A DNA stretch of 12,466 nt from Candidatus Zixiibacteriota bacterium (lineage in GTDB: Bacteria > Zixibacteria > MSB-5A5 > GN15 > FEB-12). The position numbers and the translations under genes were made by a program. The notes beneath the pieces were generated by a model that worked only from the letters and a program-made list of their open reading frames with translations, made no database searches and had not been told where the DNA came from. The stretch is from NCBI GenBank assembly GCA_041742355.1, contig JBGSIV010000033.1, forward strand, positions 1 to 12,466. The letters run 5' to 3'. Of the stretch, positions 1-6,433 are shown in pieces; positions within the stretch are counted from its first letter, which is position 1, and every line of letters starts with the position of its first letter.

Positions 1-82
1 CGAGTTCACGCGGCGCACCGAAGCCGGCAACGGCGCCGGCGAAGAATCCCACGCCGTCGTAACCGGAGGTAAGCAGGTATGA
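1..82 (+). CDS. 3' end of an upstream gene (partial), product not determinable
   Basis: The frame starting at base 2 reads EFTRRTEAGNGAGEESHAVVTGGKQV* and stops at TGA 80-82. This overlaps the next ATG (79-81) as ATGA, typical of translational coupling. Confidence 0.6.
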   Translation, partial: EFTRRTEAGNGAGEESHAVVTGGKQV

Positions 83-768
83 TCACACTGGAAATCAACG
101 GCCTGAAGGTGCAGGCCGAGAAGGGTGCGACGCTCCTGGAGACGGCGCAGTTTCTGGGCTTTCCGATACCGACCCTGTGCCACATGGAGGGGTTGACCCC
201 GTACGGGGCCTGCCGCCTGTGTGTGGTGGAGATCGGCACCGGCCCGGGGGCGAAGCTCGTGACCTCGTGCACCTACCCGGTGCAGGAGGGGCTGAAGGTC
301 CGTACCGCCTCGGAGCGGGTGGTCAGAGCGCGCAAGATGATCATCGAGCTGCACCTGGCCACATGCCCGCAATCGAAGGTCATCCAGGATCTGGCCTCGG
401 CCCACGGCGTGCGCCGGCAGCGGTTCCGCCAGGAATACGAGGACTGCATCCTCTGCGGACGGTGCGTGCGAATGTGCAAAGAGCAGATGGTGGCGCAGGC
501 GATCGGGTTCTCCGGCCGCGGCGAGCACCGGACGCTCGGCACGCCGTTCGACAAGAAGTCGGAGGTGTGCCGGTTGTGCGGCGGATGCGAATACGTCTGC
601 CCCGCCTGCCAGCTGCGCTGCACGTACAGCGATCCGACCAAGGTGATCTGCGGCGGATGCGCCAACCTCGAGCCGCCGTGCGTGGAGAAAGAGCAGTTCC
701 ATGACATGATGTGCTACATGAGTCCCTGTGTAGCCTGCGAGATAACGAAAGACATAGCGAAGAAGTAA
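79..768 (+). CDS. 2Fe-2S/4Fe-4S iron-sulfur protein (NuoG/HoxU/HydA N-terminal-like subunit) with Cys-rich C-terminal extension
   Basis: [2Fe-2S] motif PTLC34...GAC45RLC48...SC64; two ferredoxin motifs CILCGRCVRMC and CRLCGGCEYVCP; GFSGRG motif; SD GGAGGT at 65-70; no catalytic domain. Confidence 0.9.
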   Translation: MITLEINGLKVQAEKGATLLETAQFLGFPIPTLCHMEGLTPYGACRLCVVEIGTGPGAKLVTSCTYPVQEGLKVRTASERVVRARKMIIELHLATCPQSKVIQDLASAHGVRRQRFRQEYEDCILCGRCVRMCKEQMVAQAIGFSGRGEHRTLGTPFDKKSEVCRLCGGCEYVCPACQLRCTYSDPTKVICGGCANLEPPCVEKEQFHDMMCYMSPCVACEITKDIAKK

Positions 769-790
769 ACATACAGGAGGTTATACCACC

Positions 791-2374
791 ATGTCGCTTA
801 CCAGAGTGAACGCCTCGGCGGCAACCCTGACCAAGAACCGCACGGAGGATTCGATTGTCCCGACCTCCGGAATGTGCGTGACGTGTGTCGACGGCTGCAT
901 CGGGATGTGTGAAATCGGCAAGTCGGCCTACCGCGGCCACGAAGTGATCTACCCCCAGCCGTTCGGCGTGATTACGACAGCGGGGGAGAAGACCTATCCG
1001 ATCGACTACTCCCACTTCAACATCATGGGCACCGCCGTCGGCGCCCACGGGATCGCGGCCGACAGTGACAAAGCGGTGTTCCCGAACGTGAACCTCGAAG
1101 TGCATTTCGGACACGACAAGGGAATCAAGTTCCGCTTGCCGTGGATCATCCCGGGCATCGGTTCGACCGATGTCGCCAAGAACAACTGGGAGGGGCTGGC
1201 GATCGGCTCGGCCCTGGCCGGGACAGGCCTGACGATTGGCGAGAATGTCGTCGGGATGGACATGGAGACGGTGATCAAGAACGGCAAGGCGGTCGATACG
1301 GTCGACCTGAAGCGCCGCGTGAAGTTGTACAAAGACAACATGCGCGACGGCTACGGCGCGATTATCGTGCAGGCCAATGTCGAGGACGGCCGCCTGGGCA
1401 CCCAGGAGTACGCGATCGAGAAACTCGGCGTGCAGATTGTCGAGCTGAAGTGGGGGCAGGGAGCGAAGAACATCGGCGGCGAAGTGAAGATCCGCGACCT
1501 GAAGAAGGCGCAGACGCTGTACGAACGCGGCTACGTGGTGCTGCCGAATCCGACCGAACCGACCGTGATCGACGCCTTTCTGCGCGGTGCGTTCAAGGAA
1601 TTCGAGCGCCACTCGCGCGTGGGCATGGTGACCGAAGAAGGATTCGCCTCGCGCGTGGCCGAACTGCGCAAGGCGGGCGCGAAGTACGTCTTCCTGAAGA
1701 CCGGCGCGTACCGTCCGGCCGATCTGGCGCGGGCGATCAAGTGGGCCTCGAAATACAAACTCGACCTCCTGACGATCGACGGCGCGGGCGGCGGCACGGG
1801 CATGAGCCCGTGGCGGATGATGAACGAGTGGGGTATTCCGCCGGTCGAGCTGCACACGATGACCTACAACCTGTGCAAACAGCTCGAAGCGAAGAAGGAA
1901 CCGGTGCCGACGATCGCGCTGGCCGGCGGGTTCACCTTCGAGGATCAGATTTTCAAAGGGCTCGCGCTCGCGGCGCCCTATGTGAAGCTGATCGGCATGG
2001 CGCGCGCACCGATCGCGGCGGCGATGGTCGGCAAGACAATCGGCCGGACGATCGAAGAAAACCAGGTGCCGGTGTATGTCGAGCGCTTCGGCAACACGAA
2101 AGACGAGATCTTCGTCACAGCGCACCACCTCCGCCACGAACTCGGCGACGAGGTCTTCGACCGCGTTCCGACCGGGGCGCTCGGCCTGTACACGTACTAC
2201 GAACGCCTGGCGCAGGGACTCCGGCAGCTCATGGCGGGCGGCCGGAAGTTCGGGCTGGAGCATATCACCCGCGACGACATCTGCTCCCTGACGCATGAAG
2301 CGGCGCAGTTGTCGGGAATTCAATTCGTGATGGATGTCGACAAGAAAGAGGTCGAGCAGATCATGAATTCGTAG
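791..2374 (+). CDS. FMN-binding glutamate synthase family protein (stand-alone synthase domain)
   Basis: ELKWGQGAKNIGGE (GltS EIKxxQGAKPGxGG-like), TIDGAGGGTGMSP, LAGG and GMAR phosphate-binding motifs; N-terminal CxxCxxxCxxxC; SD AGGAGG at 775-780. Confidence 0.9.
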   Translation: MSLTRVNASAATLTKNRTEDSIVPTSGMCVTCVDGCIGMCEIGKSAYRGHEVIYPQPFGVITTAGEKTYPIDYSHFNIMGTAVGAHGIAADSDKAVFPNVNLEVHFGHDKGIKFRLPWIIPGIGSTDVAKNNWEGLAIGSALAGTGLTIGENVVGMDMETVIKNGKAVDTVDLKRRVKLYKDNMRDGYGAIIVQANVEDGRLGTQEYAIEKLGVQIVELKWGQGAKNIGGEVKIRDLKKAQTLYERGYVVLPNPTEPTVIDAFLRGAFKEFERHSRVGMVTEEGFASRVAELRKAGAKYVFLKTGAYRPADLARAIKWASKYKLDLLTIDGAGGGTGMSPWRMMNEWGIPPVELHTMTYNLCKQLEAKKEPVPTIALAGGFTFEDQIFKGLALAAPYVKLIGMARAPIAAAMVGKTIGRTIEENQVPVYVERFGNTKDEIFVTAHHLRHELGDEVFDRVPTGALGLYTYYERLAQGLRQLMAGGRKFGLEHITRDDICSLTHEAAQLSGIQFVMDVDKKEVEQIMNS

Positions 2375-2384
2375 GTTCTGCAGG

Positions 2385-2413
2385 GGCGGCAGATGTCCTC
2401 ATCTGCCGCCTAC
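2385..2413 (-). repeat. GTAG-type REP-like palindrome or hairpin
   Basis: Perfect 11-bp inverted repeat GGCGGCAGATG-tcct-CATCTGCCGCC (2385-2410). On the minus strand it starts GTAG-GCGGCAGATG. Confidence 0.5.
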
Positions 2414-2459
2414 AGCTTTGTTTCTGTCAGGACAATTGCCCCTTTACTCATTGTTCAAG

Positions 2460-2496
2460 AGCGCGGCGGCCGGTTGCGGCCGCCGCGCTTTGTTTT
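2460..2496 (+). terminator. Rho-independent terminator of the Fe-S/glutamate-synthase-like operon
   Basis: Stem AGCGCGGCGGCCG-gttg-CGGCCGCCGCGCT followed by TTGTTTT, between convergent genes. Confidence 0.8.
2473..2491 (+). repeat. 19-bp direct repeat, left copy (GTTGCGGCCGCCGCGCTTT)
   Basis: Identical to 9665-9683. Confidence 0.9.
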
Positions 2497-2530
2497 GGGT
2501 CGGGTGAGGGAAGTCGCGCGAAATACGGTG

Positions 2531-3001
2531 CTAAGACAGGAATTCGAGGACGACACCATGAGCCAGAAGAGCAATCTCAAAATCGTGCCACTTAGAGTCT
2601 AGAGCCTCCCAAATGGGCGGGTGACCGGGATGTCCGAGGCAGACGGCAACGAACTTTCGATCACTTGGGTCGAAGCCAGCAAGGTTGATATCGACTGGAA
2701 ATTCTATGTATCCGCGGGATTGGTCCCGCGCTGGGGTAATGTGAATCTGTTCACACTTGAGGGGGTTCTTTTGGTTTGTCAGAATCCATTTCAGGAAAGC
2801 ATCCCCGACTCCAGGTTGGCCCGATGATCGAGCGTTTGCAATGTATTCCTTGAGTATGTGCCAAGCATCGTCTATGACGACACAGCCTCCAGTCTGCAAT
2901 CCGACCAGCGCAGCGATACAAGCCGCTTCGCATCCACTGGTCGCTTGGGGAGCTCTGCGATTAGCAGCGACCAAGACGTTGGTGTCAATTATTCGCTGCA
3001 C
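2531..3001 (-). CDS. PIN-domain putative ribonuclease
   Basis: N-terminal IIDTNVLV strand; acidic residues D6, E52, D114 (DPSDRKF) and D135 (DSKW) in PIN-like spacing; overlaps the ATPase gene end by 17 nt. Confidence 0.75.
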   Translation of the reverse strand: MQRIIDTNVLVAANRRAPQATSGCEAACIAALVGLQTGGCVVIDDAWHILKEYIANARSSGQPGVGDAFLKWILTNQKNPLKCEQIHITPARDQSRGYIEFPVDINLAGFDPSDRKFVAVCLGHPGHPPIWEALDSKWHDFEIALLAHGVVLEFLS

Positions 3002-4340
3002 GCTTCATTGCCGCGGTTGTCATTGCGGCCAACTCGCCTATTTCATCACCGAAAAACTTTTCTGGCCAGTTTTCGATATTGCCAAACATGTCAACGCCCA
3101 ATCGATCAATTGCGGAAGAATCCTCTTTCATTTGACAGAAGTAGAGTGCTGTCTTCGTGTTCTCAATAGCACCCTCTGCAATGCGCCGCTGCAAGCGGCG
3201 CAATAGGTGCTCACTGTGGCTTTCGAGCACAATCTGAACTTGGCGTTTTGTTACAACCTCAATGAAAACGTCAGCCAAGGCAGCTTGCACGCGCGGATGC
3301 AAGTGGATTTCCGGCTGTTCCAGTATAATTGTACTCCTCTCGGGTGCATAATAGCAGAGCACCAGCACAGGCAGTATTTGGGAGACACCAAATCCGACAT
3401 CAGTGATCAGTACTTCTGGACTTCTCTTGGTGGTTTTCACCCTTAGCTCGTAGTCTCTCCGGTGCTTAGAAATCTCTCGAAGCGAATAGGCTTCAATCAT
3501 TCCCATTTCGCGTAGCCAATAGCCTATGCGCTCCTCGACCGTGGCCTTTCTTCGTCCCTTGCCCAAGGATATGGTTCGCTTTCTCGCCTTTGCTGCGAGC
3601 ATCGCAGGTATGGCCAACTCGCCCTTGCGCCCCACACTGACAGGGTCATCGCCGGCCCACAAGTAACTCCGTTGCGGATACTCGCGCAACGGGCCAAGGT
3701 AAGATGCATGATTAAACAGATTCTCAAAGGCGAGGACGAAGTCCGAGAGAAATCCAACATTCTGGAAGTAAGCGGTGGCTTGATCTGGGAAGCCGTAGCA
3801 CTTTATCGGAGCAGGCAAAGGCCAGGGTCGGCCAATTGTGCGGATGGGTTGGTAGTTTTCATAAAGTAGATCGTATTTGCCCTTGTCCTTTCCTTCGTGC
3901 TTTCGCTTCATTCCAAAGCAATGGTTGTCAAAAGAATAGGCAAATTGCTCCACGGCCAATCGACCGATTTCTTCATTCACCGTAACACTGAACTGCAGCT
4001 GAGACGGCTCAAACAAGGTTCTGGTCGCTTTTTGAGGATCTGCGATTCTCAAGGGCTGGTCAAGCTCCCAATCAACTGTAAGCTGGATGTTTCTCTCAAC
4101 CTCATGACCATAAACGACATCATAGTAGGTTCCAAGATCGACCAAAGATCGATCATCTCCGGTGTCAAGAACGCGTCGCCGGTCCTGGGATTCGACTGTC
4201 TGTTTGAGCATAAGCAGAATTTGCAGAAGGCTTGTTTTGCCGGAGCTGTTTGTGCCGAAGAGGCCCGTAAGAGGCGCGAACGTGATTTTCGACGTATCTG
4301 CCCATGACTTGAAGTTCTTTGCGTGAATAGACTTGATCAT
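2985..4340 (-). CDS. ABC-superfamily ATPase (AAA_15/AAA_21-like, DUF3696-type C-terminus)
   Basis: KNFKSW N-terminus, Walker A GTNSSGKT, YLGPLR, signature-like DVGFGVSQILP, Walker B/D-loop IILEQPEIHLHP, H-loop ESHSEH, C-terminal GNIENWPEKFF. Confidence 0.9.
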   Translation of the reverse strand: MIKSIHAKNFKSWADTSKITFAPLTGLFGTNSSGKTSLLQILLMLKQTVESQDRRRVLDTGDDRSLVDLGTYYDVVYGHEVERNIQLTVDWELDQPLRIADPQKATRTLFEPSQLQFSVTVNEEIGRLAVEQFAYSFDNHCFGMKRKHEGKDKGKYDLLYENYQPIRTIGRPWPLPAPIKCYGFPDQATAYFQNVGFLSDFVLAFENLFNHASYLGPLREYPQRSYLWAGDDPVSVGRKGELAIPAMLAAKARKRTISLGKGRRKATVEERIGYWLREMGMIEAYSLREISKHRRDYELRVKTTKRSPEVLITDVGFGVSQILPVLVLCYYAPERSTIILEQPEIHLHPRVQAALADVFIEVVTKRQVQIVLESHSEHLLRRLQRRIAEGAIENTKTALYFCQMKEDSSAIDRLGVDMFGNIENWPEKFFGDEIGELAAMTTAAMKRAANN

Positions 4341-4433
4341 AATTTGGCGACTCCGTCTAGGTTCACTGCCAGTCAGTGATTGGCCCCGTTGCAGGCAGGC
4401 TCTGGGTTGCCATCAGCTATCACAGTTACGGAG

Positions 4434-4462
4434 ATATTACCTCTGTTGTGACCACGACACAA
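4434..4462 (-). promoter_or_regulatory. Putative sigma70-type promoter for the ATPase-PIN pair
   Basis: Minus strand TTGTGT-N17-TAATAT, about 95 nt upstream of the ATPase start. Confidence 0.4.
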
Positions 4463-4677
4463 GAGATTTGTGAGTGACAACAGTGCTCGTTCAAACATCG
4501 AAGAGCACTCACCAGTGGAATGATGATCTCACTACGAGATATTTGTGAGCCTCAGCAAGAAGCATCGACCTCGGATAAACGAAGGTCTTCCGGACGGGAG
4601 AGTGCTTATCGTTCTATTTGGCCAAAGCGCGGTGGTCATCGATGGCTGCTGCGCTCTTCTGGTCGGGGGAGGGGCAC

Positions 4678-6342
4678 TCACTGATGCACGGTGGGATCGG
4701 CCCTGCCCGGGTTGGGGCGTATGCCGGGGTCCGGGACCGCCGGAGCGGGACCATGCGCGAACAGGCAGGCGGCCAGGAACTCGAGGTCGGCCCGGTCGCC
4801 GTTGATCGAGTCGCGGTTGACATCCGCGAGGTTGCGGGGCCAGAAGGTGTGGCGGGTGTTGAAAAAGAGATTCCCCGCGAGGCTGGTAAGATCCTTGATG
4901 TCGAAGGTAAGATCATAATTGATGTCGCCGGGGGGGAAGCCGCCGATGGAGCCCCAGGGCATGAGCTGGGCGGCGATCCGGGGGCGGGCCGGGGGTTCAT
5001 TCTGCCAGCAGACAATGACCTGCCCGAGGTCGTTCATGTCGCAGGACGGCTTGGAGGCGCCACTCAGGGAGCCGCCGACGTTATTCATGCGGTGGTTGGC
5101 TCCGATCAATTGGCCCGTGCAATCGACGGCCTGAGCATAGAGGTTACGGCTCTTGTCTTCGATATCACCGGGGAAATCGCGACTGTCACTCCAGCAAACA
5201 AGCACGTCTCCGGCGCTGTCACAGGAAATGCGCGGGGAGATTTCGTCTCCAAGCATGAGCCACAGGGAGTCGGAGTCGTTCAGCCGGATCGGGCCATACT
5301 TAGGAGATCCATCGGCGTTGAAGGCGCTGACCCAGACATGGTCGCGGATATCCGCCCCCGGCGTGTTGGCGTGCGCGGCCCAGGTGACATAGAAGTCACC
5401 GTCGGGTTCGGCTGCTAAGTCAATATCATAGGGTTGAGATTCTCTGTCGAAGTGTGAATCCGGTTCGCCGTCGGCGCCGGTGCAGGATGTCGCGGCACGA
5501 CGAAGCGTGCCATCGGCGTTGTACAATGAGAAGAACGCGAAGGTACGCATTCCCTGTTGAGTCGGAAGTCGAACCATCCAGACTGCAACGAAGCTGCCGT
5601 CTCGAGCAACCTTCAGATCAGGGGTGCCAACGATTTTAATATGCCCCGGAGGGTCCAACTCGGACGGGAGACTGAGCGAGTGCAGCACGTTTATCGGCGA
5701 AGTCAACGTTTCGAATTGGGGCCGATACAGGCGCGCGATAATGGCGGGCGGGAGTGAAGGACTACGAGGGGAACGCGCCCAGCACAGGCCGATAACGCCG
5801 CTGTCATTGACATTTCCACGCGGGAAGGCATCGAAAAAGAGTTCTCGCATGGGATCATCGCGGGTCAGACACACGGCGCTGGAGCCGTTGCCGTTAGGTG
5901 TATCAATCACTATCAGGGCGGGAATCTCGGAATTGTCGCGCGAGACCGGTTTGATCATAAGCAAGGCGAAAACGTCGCCGTTTGAGTCGTTGACCTGACA
6001 TTCGGCGAGGCTCCCTGGGGTCCAGCGAATGCTGTCCTGCTGGATTGGAAGGAAGCTCGTTGTCGAAGCCAGCGGGCGGCCCCGGTGATCGAAGCGGTTG
6101 TACTGGTAGAGGTATGCGACACGCCCAACCTCGGAAACCGTATCAACTATGTTGATTTGATGGACGTTTCCATTGTTATCGAGAACCGCTGAGGCCCACT
6201 TCACTGTCATAGGTGTGCCAAACGTGGAATTGTAGCAGGCGAAGTCATCGCGCGAGGTGAGGACCCGAGTCTCGGACGTGGCCGAGGCTGCGACCAGAAG
6301 TGCGGCTGTCAACAAACCAACCATAGTATGGTGCCATTCCAC
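4678..6342 (-). CDS. Secreted protein with beta-propeller-like repeats and C-terminal dockerin-like domain
   Basis: Signal peptide (MVGLLTAALLVAASA; start may be ATG at 6324). Repeats PDLKVARDGSFVAVW, DIDLAAEPDGDFYVTW, PRISCDSAGDVLVCW and PSCDMNDLGQVIVCW. C-terminal GDINYDLTFDIKDL...ADVNRDSINGDRADL...LF..GPAP (about 4741-4929). Confidence 0.8.
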   Translation of the reverse strand: MEWHHTMVGLLTAALLVAASATSETRVLTSRDDFACYNSTFGTPMTVKWASAVLDNNGNVHQINIVDTVSEVGRVAYLYQYNRFDHRGRPLASTTSFLPIQQDSIRWTPGSLAECQVNDSNGDVFALLMIKPVSRDNSEIPALIVIDTPNGNGSSAVCLTRDDPMRELFFDAFPRGNVNDSGVIGLCWARSPRSPSLPPAIIARLYRPQFETLTSPINVLHSLSLPSELDPPGHIKIVGTPDLKVARDGSFVAVWMVRLPTQQGMRTFAFFSLYNADGTLRRAATSCTGADGEPDSHFDRESQPYDIDLAAEPDGDFYVTWAAHANTPGADIRDHVWVSAFNADGSPKYGPIRLNDSDSLWLMLGDEISPRISCDSAGDVLVCWSDSRDFPGDIEDKSRNLYAQAVDCTGQLIGANHRMNNVGGSLSGASKPSCDMNDLGQVIVCWQNEPPARPRIAAQLMPWGSIGGFPPGDINYDLTFDIKDLTSLAGNLFFNTRHTFWPRNLADVNRDSINGDRADLEFLAACLFAHGPAPAVPDPGIRPNPGRADPTVHQ

Positions 6343-6386
6343 CTTAGACTCGCGGCGGCGGCAGTATAACCCGGCCGGAGCAAGTC

Positions 6387-6414
6387 AACAGGGGAGTCGA
6401 CAGACTCCCCTGTT
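6387..6414. terminator. Hairpin or terminator downstream of the 933-aa gene
   Basis: Perfect 12-bp inverted repeat AACAGGGGAGTC-gaca-GACTCCCCTGTT, about 20 nt after the stop codon; U-tail is weak on the minus strand. Confidence 0.65.
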
Positions 6415-6433
6415 TAACATCGTGAATCAGGTT

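Noticed and set aside
380..2323. 647-aa minus-strand ORF and other long overlapping ORFs (177-704, 1141-2298, 4618-5418, 10113-10979)
   Set aside because: Shadow frames of well-supported genes in GC-rich DNA, with no recognisable motifs.
6365..6390. Minus-strand TTGACT...TATACT promoter for the 554-aa gene
   Set aside because: The spacer is only 14 nt, so it is not reported as a feature although the -10 may be real.
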